From: an uncultured Thermoleophilia bacterium
GTDB taxonomy: Bacteria > Actinomycetota > Thermoleophilia > UBA2241
DNA: 64,000 nucleotides
Assembly: GCA_963702475.1 (NCBI GenBank)
Contig: CAVPCT010000005.1
Span: forward strand, 640,001 to 704,000
Direction of reading: 5' to 3'
A program made the translations under genes and the position numbers. This document shows, piece by piece, positions 40,763 to 51,179 of the stretch. The notes beneath the pieces are model-generated. The model saw nothing but the letters and a program-made list of their open reading frames with translations, did no database searches and was not told where the DNA came from. Position 1 is the first letter of the stretch, and the number at the start of each line of letters is the position of its first letter.

Positions 40763-40790
40763 TCAACTACCGGGGCTCACGGGCCGATAG
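40763..40790 (+). promoter_or_regulatory. Sigma-28 (FliA/WhiG)-like promoter
   Basis: TCAA-N16-GCCGATAG upstream of the PilB/GspE-like gene. Confidence 0.55.
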
Positions 40791-40826
40791 GCTAGACTAG
40801 CCGGGAAGCCGAGAGGGAGGTCCTCC

Positions 40827-42876
40827 GTGCCCGTCGCACAGCAGAAGAAGACCATGGCCGTCATCGACGACGACGACCTCCTGCGCGACGAGCTGGTCAG
40901 GCACTTCGAGGGGCGCTACGAGGTCAGCCAGGGCAGCGGCGACGCCGGTACGCTCCGTGAGCTGCGCAGACTGCACCCGGAGGTCGTCCTGCTCGACCTG
41001 GACATCGCGGGCCGCGACGCGTTCGAGCTCCTCCGCACCATCACGTCCGACGCGGAGCTCCAGGCCACTCCCGTGGTGACGCTCAGCTCGCACGGCGGCT
41101 TCTCCACGTTCGAACGCGCCCACAGGCTCGGCGCGGCCGAGTTCGTCACCAAGCCCTTCTCGCCGGACGACCTCGCCACCAAGGTGGAGGCGGTCGTCAG
41201 CGGCCGCAAAGCACGATCCGCCGGCCGTCTCAAGCTCGGCGCCATGCTCGTGGCCAGCGGCCTCGTCTCGCAGGCACAGCTCGATTCCGCCCTGGCCAGA
41301 CAGCGCAGCGACGGCGGCCGGCTGGGCGAGCTGCTGGTCAGCGAGGGTCTGCTCTCCGAACAGGACATCGTCAACGCGGTCGCAGGCCAGATGCGCATCG
41401 GCGTCGTCGACCTCGGGCACGCCGCCCCCCAGACCAACGCCCTCGGGATGCTTCCTCGCGACTTCATCATCCGTCACCGCGTCATCCCCCTGAGCATCGA
41501 CGACTCAGGGCGCCCTTACGCTAGCCATGACCAACCCGCTGGACGTCATCACCATCGACGAGGTAGGCATGCGCATCAAGCGGCGCATCATACCGGTCAT
41601 CTGCACCGATAGCGGGTTCGACGACGCCGTGGGGCTGTACTTCACGGCGCGCGGCAAGCTCAGGGACGCGCGCCTCGAGGAGGCCGACGAGACACACACG
41701 GCGGTCGAGGACTTCGACGCCGGCGCCATCGAGATCGTCGACGGCCTGCTCACCGACGCCGTCACCATGGACGCCTCGGACATCCACCTGGAACCGCGCG
41801 AAGACTGCCTGCACGTGCGCTGTCGCATCGACGGTGTGCTGCACGACCTCAGGGAGTTCCCCCTCGACCTGCAGCCGGGCATCATCAGCCGCATCAAGAT
41901 CATGGGCAACGTGAACATCGCCGAGCGGCGCCTCCCGCAGGACGGCCGCACCACCTTCGAGCTGTCCAGCGGCGAGGCCGTCGACCTGCGTCTCGCCACC
42001 ATCCCCAGCCTGTACGGCGAGAACATCACCATACGCATCCTCGAAGTGTCCCCCCTGCCGCCCACGCTCGCTCAACTGGGGCTCACCGGCGATAATCTCG
42101 AGCGCTTCCAGAAAGCGCTCAGGGTCCCCGAGGGCGGTATCTGCATCGTGGGACCCACCGGGTCGGGCAAGTCCACCACGCTCTACACAACGCTCGAGCT
42201 CATCAAGTCGGCCGAGAGCAAGATCTACACGGTGGAGGACCCAGTCGAGCGCAAGATCGACGGGGTCGTCCAGACCGAGATCAGGCCGAGCATCGGCCTC
42301 ACGTTCGCCCAGGTGCTGCGTTCGCTCGTGCGCGCCGACCCGGACGTGATCATGGTCGGCGAGATCCGCGACCTCGAGACCGCCAAGATGGCGGCCGACG
42401 CGGCCATCACCGGCCACCTGGTGTTCAGCACACTGCACACCAACGACGCCTCGGCTGCCGTCAACCGTCTCGTGGAGATGGGCGTGCCCCGGTACCTGGT
42501 GGCGGCGGCCTGGCGCTGCTTCGTGGCGCAGCGGCTGGTGCGCCGCCTCTGCCCCCACTGCCGCACGGCCGTCAGCCTCACGGCCCAGCGCTGGCAGGAG
42601 CTCGGGCTGGGCGCAGCCCCCGGCAAGCGCATGGACATCTTCGAGCCGGTGGGGTGCAGCAAGTGCTTCGGCACCGGCTACCGAGGGCGCCTGGGGCTCT
42701 ACGAGGTCCTCGACGTCGACGACGACCTGCGCGAGATCATCGCGACCGGCGGCACCGTGCTCGACATCCAGCGCCACTCACGCACACGCGGCGTCCGCGG
42801 CCTGCGCGACGACGGCGTGCAGAAGGTGCTCGACGGGTCGACGACCTACCTCGAGCTGCTCCGCGTCACCGTCTGA
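40827..42876 (+). CDS. Receiver + MshEN + GspE/PilB-family ATPase; frameshift at ~41515
   Basis: REC (VIDDD, VLLDL, TKPF); MshEN KLGAMLVASGLVSQAQLDSALARQ..RLGELLVSEGLL; ASDIHLEP, PQDGR, GPTGSGKSTT, GEIRD, TGHLVFSTLHTND, CPHC..CSKC. Confidence 0.88.
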
Positions 42877-43010
42877 CGCGGACTTCCCGAGGCGACCGGG
42901 TAACGGTCCCTAGACGGCCGTCCCATACACCGCCGCGCCGCAGCGGCCCATACTGAGCGTCACACGGACCGAGGCGGAGCGGCGGCGAAGGCGCCTGTCG
43001 AGGCTGTTCG

Positions 43011-43056
43011 GGACCGGCGGCGCGGAGCGGGGGCTCGCACCGCCGGTCCTTTGTTC
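43011..43056 (+). terminator. Intrinsic terminator
   Basis: GGACCGGCGG..CCGCCGGTCC followed by TTTGTT. Confidence 0.65.
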
Positions 43057-43121
43057 GAGCCACCATCATCCAATCGCCGCGCTGCCATCGCCGCCTTGCG
43101 GGCGAGGCCGCGCGACGCGCC

Positions 43122-44420
43122 TCACGTACGCCTGTCGATGACCCTCTTGGCCTTGCCCTCGCTGCGCTGCAGCGTGCCGGGCTCGACGAGCTTCACCTTG
43201 GGACGCACGAGAAGCGCGGAGCGGAGCTCCTCGGTCACGCGACGCTCGAAGGCGCGCAGGTCGTCCATCCAGCCGTCGAACAGTGTCTCCGTGACCTCCA
43301 CCTGCACCTCGAAGGTGTCCTGGCCGTTCACGCGGTCGAGGACGATGAGGTAGAACGGCTCGACCCCTTCGATGGCGAGCAGTACCTGCTCGATGGCCGA
43401 GGGGAACACGTTCACCCCGCTGATGATGAACATGTCGTCGGTGCGGCCGACCACCTTGCCCATGCGGGCAAGGGTACGGCCGCAGGCGCAGGTCACGTAC
43501 GTCACGGTGCTCAGGTCGCGGGTGCGATAGCGGAGCACCGGCGAACACTCGCGCGTGAGCGCCGTGAACACGAGCTCGCCGACCTCGCCGTCGGCCACGG
43601 CCCTGCCGGTGGCCGGGTCGAGGCACTCGACGATGAAGTGGTCCTCCGCGATATGCATGCCGTCACGGCACTCGCACTCGCCGGCGACACCCGGGCCGAT
43701 GATCTCGGTGAGCCCGTAGTTGTCGGTCGCCGTCATGGGCAGGCGCTTCTCGATCTGGGCGCGGAGCTCCTCACTGCACGCCTCCGCGCCGAACAGCCCC
43801 AAGCGCAGCTTGAGGTCCTGCCAGGGCACCCCCATCTTCTCCACCGTCTCACCGATGTACAGGGCGTACGACGGCGTGGAGATGAGCACGGTGGTGCCGA
43901 AGTCGCGCAGGAACTGGATCTGGCGTGCCGTGTTGCCGGCGCTGATGGGGATCACGCTGGCTCCGGCGCGCTGCAGGCCGTAGTGCAGGCCGAAGCCGCC
44001 GGTGAACATGCCGTAGCCGAACGAGATCTGGGCGACGTCGTGCTGCCGCACACCGGCCGCGACGACGAGACGGCACACGAGCTCCGTCCACATGTCGAGA
44101 TCGGCGGCCGTGAAGCCACAGACCACGGGCTTGCCCGTCGTTCCCGAGGACGAGTGGATCTCCACGACGTCGTCGAGCGGCACCGCGAACAGCCCCACGG
44201 GGTACTCGTCGCGGAAGTCGTACTTCTCGGTGAACGGCAGAGCGGCGAGGTCGTCCAGGCTCTTGAGATCGCCGGGCCGGAACCCCGCGTCGTCCAGCCG
44301 CCGTCGATACAAGGGGACCCTCTCGTAGATACGCGCGAGCATGCCCTGCAGGCGCTCCAGCTGCAGCGCCTCGAGGCGCTCGCGGTCGATAGTCTCGTGC
44401 GTGGGGTCCCAGATGGTCAT
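43122..44420 (-). CDS. paaK: Phenylacetate-CoA ligase
   Basis: HSSSGTTGKP, FGYGMFTGGFG, YGLTEIIGPGV, RYRTRD, GRTDDM, GVNVFP. Confidence 0.92.
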   Translation of the reverse strand: MTIWDPTHETIDRERLEALQLERLQGMLARIYERVPLYRRRLDDAGFRPGDLKSLDDLAALPFTEKYDFRDEYPVGLFAVPLDDVVEIHSSSGTTGKPVVCGFTAADLDMWTELVCRLVVAAGVRQHDVAQISFGYGMFTGGFGLHYGLQRAGASVIPISAGNTARQIQFLRDFGTTVLISTPSYALYIGETVEKMGVPWQDLKLRLGLFGAEACSEELRAQIEKRLPMTATDNYGLTEIIGPGVAGECECRDGMHIAEDHFIVECLDPATGRAVADGEVGELVFTALTRECSPVLRYRTRDLSTVTYVTCACGRTLARMGKVVGRTDDMFIISGVNVFPSAIEQVLLAIEGVEPFYLIVLDRVNGQDTFEVQVEVTETLFDGWMDDLRAFERRVTEELRSALLVRPKVKLVEPGTLQRSEGKAKRVIDRRT

Positions 44421-44507
44421 GACGCCTTCCTTCAGCCAGCAACGTGCGCCCGGCCATCATACCGGGAGGGGAGGCTGCGCGCCGCGCCCGCGGACGCCTG
44501 CGGCGCG

Positions 44508-44807
44508 TCAGGAGGGACGCTGCTCGAAGACCCGCTTCGTCTGGCCCAACGACGTCTCGAGGCCGGGGACGGCGACCATGCCCCGCGGGTACTCGCGGCG
44601 GAGGTCGGTCTTCTCCGTGCAAGGCAGCTGCAGGATGTCGCCCCGCGCTTGCACGTCGCCGGGCTCGAAGCCGGCGGCGGCGAACCGGTCGCGGTAGAAC
44701 GGCACCCTCTCCCGCAGGCGCTCAGCCAGCTCGCGCAGGCGCTGCGTCTGGAACGCCTCGAGGCGCTCCCGATCCATGCACTCGCGATCCGCGTCCCGGA
44801 TGGCCAT
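44508..44807 (-). pseudogene. Internally deleted paaK paralogue (99 aa, N-terminus joined to C-terminus)
   Basis: [46 protein letters not shown] joined to [16 protein letters not shown], compare GTLQRSEGKAKRVIDRR of paaK. Confidence 0.7.
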
Positions 44808-44848
44808 GCCCGGTTCGTCTCCCGGAGACCGCGCAGCGTGAGCTGGAA

Positions 44849-44866
44849 TACCCCTACGGGTACACT
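44849..44866 (+). promoter_or_regulatory. CsoR-type operator overlapping the copA -10
   Basis: TACCC-CTAC-GGGTA (44849-44862); -10 TACACT (44861-44866). Confidence 0.75.
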
Positions 44867-44968
44867 TCGAGATGCACACCGAGGTCGTTTGGGCTCGGGA
44901 AGGATGATGATGGACACGAGCGCCGCCGAGCAGGCCCCGGACGGCGGTCACCGCGACGACGACAGACG

Positions 44969-47455
44969 ATGAGCGAGCACGAGACCTCACTGGAGCTGCC
45001 GATCACGGGCATGACCTGCGCCGCCTGCGTGGTGCGTAACGAGAAGGCGTTGCGCAAGCTCGAAGGCGTGGCGGAGGCGAACGTGAACTTCGCCACCGAG
45101 AAGGCCACGGTGAGGTACGACCCCGCCGTGGTCTCGACCGAGGACATCGTCCATAGCGTCGAGGCCGCCGGCTACGGCGTCGTCACCGCCACGGAGACCC
45201 TGCCGATCCTCGGGATGACCTGTGCCAGCTGCGTGACGCGCGTGGAGCGGGCGCTGCGCAGACCGCCGGGCGTGCTGGACGTCAGCGTCAACTTGGCCAC
45301 CGAGAAGGCCACGGTGACGTACCTGCCCGGGCAGGCCTCGCACCGGGACCTGGCCGCGGCCGTCGAGGCGGCCGGCTATCAGGTCGTCGAGCCGGCGGCC
45401 GGCGGCGAAGCGGGCGAGCCGGCCGAGGCCGCCGCGGACGCCGCCGAGGCGGCGCGGGCGGCGGCCTACCGCCGCCTCAAGCGCAAGGTCGTAGCCGGCT
45501 TCGTGCTCAGCATCATCATCTTCGTCGGCACCATGCAGCCGGAGTGGTTCCCCTTCTTGCCGTCGTGGCTGCACAACGGGTACCTGCTGTGGGCCCTGGC
45601 CAGCATCGTCCAGTTCTGGGTGGGCTGGCAGTTCTACACGACCTCCATCAGCGCGCTGCGCCACGGCAGCACCACCATGAACACGCTCGTGGCGATGGGA
45701 TCATCGGCCGCCTACATCTACAGCGTGCTCGGCGTGCTGTTCCCCGACTTCTTCATGGAGCAGGGCCTCGCCATGCCCATGTACTTCGACTCGGCTGCGT
45801 TCATCATCACGCTGATCCTGTTCGGGCGGATGCTCGAAGCGCGCGCCAAAGGCCAGACCGGCGCGGCCATCAAGGCGCTCATCGGCCTGCAGCCGCGCAC
45901 CGCCCGCGTGCTGCGCGACGGCGTCGAGACCGACGTGCCCATCGCCGAGGTCGTCGTGGGCGACGCCGTGCTGGTGCGTCCCGGCGAGAAGGTGCCGGTG
46001 GACGGCGTCGTCACGTCCGGCTCCTCGCCGGTTGATGAGTCCATGCTCACCGGTGAGCCGCTCCCGGTGACCAAGCGTTCCGACGATGAGGTCATCGGCG
46101 CCACCATGAACACCACCGGCTCATTCACCTTCCGAGCCACCAAGGTCGGCGCCGACACCGCTCTCGCGCAGATCATCCGCCTCGTCGAACAGGCGCAGGG
46201 ATCGAAGCCGCCCATCGCGCGGCTCGCCGACGTGATAGCCGCGTACTTCGTCCCGGCCGTCATCGCCATCGCCACGGTCACGCTGGTCGTCTGGCTGATC
46301 TTCGGCCCGTCGCCGGCGCTCAACTACGCGCTGCTCAACTTCGTCGCGGTGCTGGTCATCGCGTGCCCGTGCGCCCTGGGCCTGGCGACGCCCACAGCCA
46401 TCATGGTCGGCACCGGCAAGGGCGCCGAGAACGGCGTGCTCATCCGCGACGGAAGCGCCCTGGAGACTGCCCACAAGCTCGATACCGTGGTGCTGGACAA
46501 AACGGGGACCATCACGGAGGGCAAGCCCAGGGTCACCGACGTGGTGCTGTTCGACGGCGCCGGCGACCTGGACGACGACGGTCTGCTGCGGCTGGTGGCC
46601 GCGGCGGAGCGCGGCAGCGAGCACCCGCTGGCGACGGCGGTGCTGGCAGAGGCCGACGAGCGCGGCCTCGTCCTGCCCGAGGCGAGCGGGTTCGAGGCCG
46701 TCGCCGGCCACGGCATCCGCGCCGTCGTGGACGGCCGCACCGTGGTGGCCGGCAACGAGCGTCTGGCCGGCCTGAGCGGCGACCACAAGACCGGCAGCGA
46801 GGGCGCCGCGGAGGCCGTCGATCGGCTCTCGGGTGAGGGCAAGACGGTGATCACCGTGCAGATCGACGGCGCGGCCGCAGGCGTCATCGCCGTGGCCGAC
46901 ACGGTGAAGCCGGGCTCCGCGGCGGCCGTCAGACGCCTCCGCGACCTCGGTCTCGAGGTCGTCATGCTCACCGGCGACCACCGCCGCACGGCCGATGCCA
47001 TCGCCGCGTCCGTCGGCATCGACCGCGTCGTCGCCGAGGTGCTGCCCGAGCAGAAGGAGGCGCAGGTCGCCGCCCTGCAGGGCGAGGGCAAGAGGGTCGC
47101 CATGGTGGGCGACGGCATCAACGACGCCCCGGCCCTGGCCCGTGCGGACATCGGCATCGCCATCGGCACGGGCACCGACGTGGCCATGGAGGCCGGTGAC
47201 GTCACCCTCATGTCGGGCGACCTCGGCGGAGTCGCCACGGCCATCGGCCTGTCACGGGCCACGATCCGCGTCGTCAAGCAGAACCTCTTCTGGGCCTTCG
47301 CCTACAACGTCGCCCTCATCCCCCTGGCGGCCGGCGTCTTCTATCCGGCCTTCGGCATCCTGCTGAACCCCATCTACGCGGCGGCGGCCATGGGTCTCTC
47401 AAGCGTGACGGTCGTCACCAACAGCCTGCGCCTGCGCCGCTTCAAGGTGGACTGA
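44969..47455 (+). CDS. copA: Cu(I)-exporting P1B ATPase
   Basis: Two HMA domains (MTCAAC, MTCASC), [30 protein letters not shown]. Confidence 0.96.
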   Translation: MSEHETSLELPITGMTCAACVVRNEKALRKLEGVAEANVNFATEKATVRYDPAVVSTEDIVHSVEAAGYGVVTATETLPILGMTCASCVTRVERALRRPPGVLDVSVNLATEKATVTYLPGQASHRDLAAAVEAAGYQVVEPAAGGEAGEPAEAAADAAEAARAAAYRRLKRKVVAGFVLSIIIFVGTMQPEWFPFLPSWLHNGYLLWALASIVQFWVGWQFYTTSISALRHGSTTMNTLVAMGSSAAYIYSVLGVLFPDFFMEQGLAMPMYFDSAAFIITLILFGRMLEARAKGQTGAAIKALIGLQPRTARVLRDGVETDVPIAEVVVGDAVLVRPGEKVPVDGVVTSGSSPVDESMLTGEPLPVTKRSDDEVIGATMNTTGSFTFRATKVGADTALAQIIRLVEQAQGSKPPIARLADVIAAYFVPAVIAIATVTLVVWLIFGPSPALNYALLNFVAVLVIACPCALGLATPTAIMVGTGKGAENGVLIRDGSALETAHKLDTVVLDKTGTITEGKPRVTDVVLFDGAGDLDDDGLLRLVAAAERGSEHPLATAVLAEADERGLVLPEASGFEAVAGHGIRAVVDGRTVVAGNERLAGLSGDHKTGSEGAAEAVDRLSGEGKTVITVQIDGAAAGVIAVADTVKPGSAAAVRRLRDLGLEVVMLTGDHRRTADAIAASVGIDRVVAEVLPEQKEAQVAALQGEGKRVAMVGDGINDAPALARADIGIAIGTGTDVAMEAGDVTLMSGDLGGVATAIGLSRATIRVVKQNLFWAFAYNVALIPLAAGVFYPAFGILLNPIYAAAAMGLSSVTVVTNSLRLRRFKVD

Positions 47456-47682
47456 GGCAGGTCAGGACGGATCGTCAGGGTCGGCCGGGACCGCGGAGGA
47501 GCGCCGGCCGCGACGCTATCCGGCGCGGCCAGACCGTTGGCCGCGCTCCCGGCTGGCATGGTCGAGCGCGAGGTGTACTCCGCCATGTACAACAGGCTCG
47601 TGACAGAACGGCCAAGGCAGCGCCCGGATGTCCAAACTCGCGTCCCTTGTCAGCGTCCGACGCGCGGTGGGACGATGGTCTC

Positions 47683-48351
47683 ATGCTGCGACTGCTCGAC
47701 CGTCACACCATCGGCCAGGTTCTCCGCACCAAGGGCGTCGACGCCTGGGGCGTGGCCGGCAACGAGCTGCGGCTGCCACTGGCCCCGGACCTCCCCACCG
47801 CCGTGTCCATGCTCATGCGCATCGACCCTCTGGTGGTGCGCACGCTCGGCGATGGGCCGACCGCGGAGTACGCACGGGAGTACCTGCGGCTCAACGTCGC
47901 GCTCGACGACGCCGCCGGCACCCTGGCGGACGTCCTGCGCGTGCACGGACACGCCGCCGAACCGGTGCGGGCGACCATGTCGGACGGCGACAACGGCCAC
48001 CGGCCGTTTCCGCACAAGACGGCGGCGACGAGCGCCGGGCTGGGATGGATCGGCAAGACGGCGCTGTTCGTGTCGCCCGACTTCGGTCCCGCCGTCAGGC
48101 TGGCGACGGTGTTCACCGACCTCGCCCTTCCGGCCGGCGAGCCCGTGTGCGAGGGCCGCTGCGGCTCCTGCCGCGACTGCGTGGACGCCTGCCCCGCCGG
48201 ATGCGGCCGCGACGTGACCTGGCGCGCCGGCATGGCCAGGGACGAGCTCTTCGACGCATCGGCGTGCCGCCATCAGATGTCGCTGGTCCGCACCGTGGAC
48301 GAGGAGATCTGCGGCATCTGCATCGCCGCCTGCCCGTACTCGCGGCGCTAG
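47683..48351 (+). CDS. QueG/reductive-dehalogenase-like cobalamin and 4Fe-4S protein
   Basis: HKTAATSAGLGWIGK..FGPAVRLATVFTD, CGSCRDCVDACP, CGICIAACP. Confidence 0.78.
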   Translation: MLRLLDRHTIGQVLRTKGVDAWGVAGNELRLPLAPDLPTAVSMLMRIDPLVVRTLGDGPTAEYAREYLRLNVALDDAAGTLADVLRVHGHAAEPVRATMSDGDNGHRPFPHKTAATSAGLGWIGKTALFVSPDFGPAVRLATVFTDLALPAGEPVCEGRCGSCRDCVDACPAGCGRDVTWRAGMARDELFDASACRHQMSLVRTVDEEICGICIAACPYSRR

Positions 48352-48433
48352 CGAGAGGATCGCGGGCTCACGTGCGCGCGGGAGGCGCGGCCGGGGTCCA
48401 CGGACCTCGCCGCGCCTCTCGCGCGCACCGCGT

Positions 48434-48874
48434 TCACTTGAGGGGAGCCGGCCCCCTGTCCAGGATGAGCCAGGCCGTGTGCACCGGCGCATCCGGGTTG
48501 CTGCGGTCGACCCTGCCATGGACGAGCACGCGGTCACCGACGGCGACGGCGCCGAGGCTGATGACATCGGCCCCGTCGGTCCCGACCTTCATGATCACGG
48601 CCTTGCCGGCGAGCGTGAAGGTGATCTGCTTGCCGACGACTGCCTTCCTGCCCTTGATCACCTTGACCGTGAGCGAGTTCGCTGCGGTGTTGGTGGCCGT
48701 GACCTCGCCCTTGCACACGAACGGCCGCACCTTGACCTTCGCGCCGTCGGCCCTCTTGGCCAGCGCGGGGCCCGCTACCGCTGCCAGCATGAGGGCGGCG
48801 GCCGCAGCGAGCACGAGCAGCGAGGTGGCCGGACGCCGGATGCGGCGTCTGGACCCGGTGCGCTTCGTCATCAT
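48434..48874 (-). CDS. Small secreted beta-rich protein (DUF5666-like)
   Basis: Signal peptide ending ALA; KGEVTA..SLTVKV..VAVGDRVLVHG. AAGGAGG RBS. Confidence 0.65.
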   Translation of the reverse strand: MMTKRTGSRRRIRRPATSLLVLAAAAALMLAAVAGPALAKRADGAKVKVRPFVCKGEVTATNTAANSLTVKVIKGRKAVVGKQITFTLAGKAVIMKVGTDGADVISLGAVAVGDRVLVHGRVDRSNPDAPVHTAWLILDRGPAPLK

Positions 48875-48935
48875 CGTGGTCCTCCTTGTCGATACAGCAG
48901 GTGTGCGATCGCGTCCACAGCGTGGCACCCTGAGT

Positions 48936-49014
48936 AACCCGCAGCACGGCATGAAGGTTAGGGGTCATGAGAACGCCGCCGCCGGACACTAACCTCCGGA
49001 GGCGTACCGGCGTT
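48936..49014. promoter_or_regulatory. Divergent pair of ECF-type promoters
   Basis: Plus: CTAACC (48989-48994)-N16-CGTT (49011-49014). Minus: CTAACC (48956-48961)-N16-GGTT (48936-48939). Confidence 0.55.
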
Positions 49015-49027
49015 CCTCTGGATAGAC

Positions 49028-51016
49028 ATGGCAGTCAAGCCGCATGACGCACGGATCACGCGAGCGGGCGGCGGTCTCACCGCCGACCGGGAAGGCGTGC
49101 GCCTCCCGCCCCGTGAGGACGCGCGGCTCGTGGACGCGCTCCGCGCCCGTGCGCCCGGCGCGTTCGCGGAGCTCGTGGCCGACTACCAGAACGCCGTCTT
49201 CAGTCTCGCCCTCCGCCTCGTGCGTGACCGTGAGGACGCGCGTGACATCACGCAGGACGTCCTCATCAAGGCGCACGAGAGCATCCCCCGCATCGAGGGC
49301 GAGCTGCACCTCTGGGCGTGGCTGTACCGGGTGACGGTCAACATGTGCTGGGACCACCTGAGGGCGGCCAGCCGGCGGCCGGAACCGGCAGAGGACGCCG
49401 AGCAACTCGCCGCCGCGCGGCCGGCCGACGACGCGGAGCGGGCCGAGGTGGCGCGGCTCTTCTCGCAGAGCCTCGCGGCCCTCCCGCCGCGGCAGCAGGC
49501 CGCGCTCCTGCTCAAGGACGTCCACGGCCTCGGCCACGCGGACATCGCCGAAGCGCTCGGCATCTCGAAGGGGTCCTCCAAGGTCCTGCTCTTCCACGCG
49601 CGTCACTCGTTCCGCCGCGCGTACAAGGCGCTGGTCGCGGACGGCCCGCTGCCTGCGACCTGCCACATGGCCGAGCGGTTCGTGGCAGCCTCGGTCGGCG
49701 GCCGGCTGAGCGCCGCGCAACGGCGGGCGATCCTGCGGCACGCCCGCTCCTGTGCAGACTGCCGCAGTGTCGTGGCCGGGTGGCAGGGCCCGCACGCGGT
49801 CGGGCTGGCTCTGGCCCTGCCAATGGTCGCGGCTCCGCATCTCTTCGCCGCGCCAAGCTCCGCCCCGGGCGCGTTCGGCCCGGCCTTGGCAGGCGCCGGG
49901 GCCTCGGCGGTCGCAGGCGTGTCCGCGGCAGCAGGCGCCGGGGCCTCTGCGGGAGCCACAGCCGGAGCGATAACGGCGGGCGGAGCAGCCGCGGGCGCCA
50001 CGACAGGCGCGACGCTCGGCGCGGCAGGTGGAATCGCGGCCAAGCTCGCCGGCCTCGGCGTGACCAAGGCCGCGGCGGTGGTGCTGGCCGCCGGTTCAGT
50101 CGCGGCGTACGGCGGCGCCGAGGCGTACACCACCGGCGCCGCTCAGCCTCACCGGCCCCAGACAGCGAGTGCCGCGTCGCCGGCGGATGCGCGGCCGCCA
50201 CGAGCGGGGACCCGTTCGCCCCAGACGTTCGCGTCCGCCGTGACCGCCGCCACCCTTGACGGCGCGCACGTTCGGCCTCGCGAAGTCCCGAGCGACAGGA
50301 TCCGGGTGGAGAGGCAGGTCAAGGCGTCGCGCGACTGGCTGAAGCGACACATCGGGGCGTCGCGTGTCTGGCTCACGAGACAGGTCCGGGCGCCGCGCGC
50401 CCGGATTGTCGCCAGAGCCTGGCTGCGCGAGGCACGTCACCCCGGCTTGGACGACCGGCCGCTCCAGGACGTGGCCGCGAAGCCTGCTGGCTTGAGGCCC
50501 GGTGGTTCCCGCGGCCGGCTTCCGACCTCGCCGGCCGTGGCCGTCGCGGATCACGCGAGGCCCCGCGCCACGGCCCGCGCGGAGAAGGTCCGCGTGATCT
50601 GGGCCGCGGCGGCGGCCCACGGCTCCGTGGCAGGCCCTGGGTGGAGGCCGCCGCGACCGGCCGGCAAGGGATACCGCAGCCGGGAGCCCGGACCGGCCAC
50701 GGCGCACCCGGCACGGGTCGTGAACACGCTGGCCGGCACGGGCGGACCCAGGGCGGCCGCTGCGGCTGCCTCACGTCCGGCGAAGCTCCAGGCCCGCGCG
50801 CAGCCGGTCGCCCGTCCGGCGAAGCTCCAAGTCCGCGCCCGACCGTACGCCCGCACGGCTGGGAAGCCGGATGTCCTGGAGCGGGCGGCCGCGCGGCTCT
50901 CCTCGAACGGGCCGCACAGGGGCGCGTCGCCGCGCAAGCAGTCGCAGCCGCAGAAGCCCGTCACGCCGCACGTCGACCGCAAGCAGCCGAAGCCCGTCGA
51001 CACGAGGGGCGCCTGA
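49028..51016 (+). CDS. ECF sigma factor fused to a ZAS zinc finger and a long low-complexity C-terminal extension
   Basis: DAR DITQDV..WAWLYRVTVN (region 2); LPPRQQAALLL..IAEALGISKGSSKVLL (region 4); HARSCADC. Confidence 0.85.
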   Translation: MAVKPHDARITRAGGGLTADREGVRLPPREDARLVDALRARAPGAFAELVADYQNAVFSLALRLVRDREDARDITQDVLIKAHESIPRIEGELHLWAWLYRVTVNMCWDHLRAASRRPEPAEDAEQLAAARPADDAERAEVARLFSQSLAALPPRQQAALLLKDVHGLGHADIAEALGISKGSSKVLLFHARHSFRRAYKALVADGPLPATCHMAERFVAASVGGRLSAAQRRAILRHARSCADCRSVVAGWQGPHAVGLALALPMVAAPHLFAAPSSAPGAFGPALAGAGASAVAGVSAAAGAGASAGATAGAITAGGAAAGATTGATLGAAGGIAAKLAGLGVTKAAAVVLAAGSVAAYGGAEAYTTGAAQPHRPQTASAASPADARPPRAGTRSPQTFASAVTAATLDGAHVRPREVPSDRIRVERQVKASRDWLKRHIGASRVWLTRQVRAPRARIVARAWLREARHPGLDDRPLQDVAAKPAGLRPGGSRGRLPTSPAVAVADHARPRATARAEKVRVIWAAAAAHGSVAGPGWRPPRPAGKGYRSREPGPATAHPARVVNTLAGTGGPRAAAAAASRPAKLQARAQPVARPAKLQVRARPYARTAGKPDVLERAAARLSSNGPHRGASPRKQSQPQKPVTPHVDRKQPKPVDTRGA

Positions 51017-51138
51017 CGGCCCAGCGCAGGCCGCGACCAGGGCCGGCACCCGGCTTTCGGCACGGCCCCGGAAGCCCCCGAAACGGCGCAGGCGCCGTTG
51101 CGGACCTCCTCCCCCGATGCTATGCTGGCCTCACACCT

Positions 51139-51159
51139 AACTGAAAACGGTTTTCAGTT
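51139..51159 (+). promoter_or_regulatory. Zur box
   Basis: Perfect 10-1-10 palindrome AACTGAAAAC-G-GTTTTCAGTT downstream of -10 TATGCT (51121-51126). Confidence 0.88.
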
Positions 51160-51179
51160 TCACTCAGGGGAGACTCCTC

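Noticed and set aside
40761-40802. GTCAACTACC..GACTAGCC as an IS200/IS605 or HEARO end
   Set aside because: The subterminal hairpin and any tnpA/tnpB/iscB gene are absent. A sigma-28-like promoter explains the sequence better.
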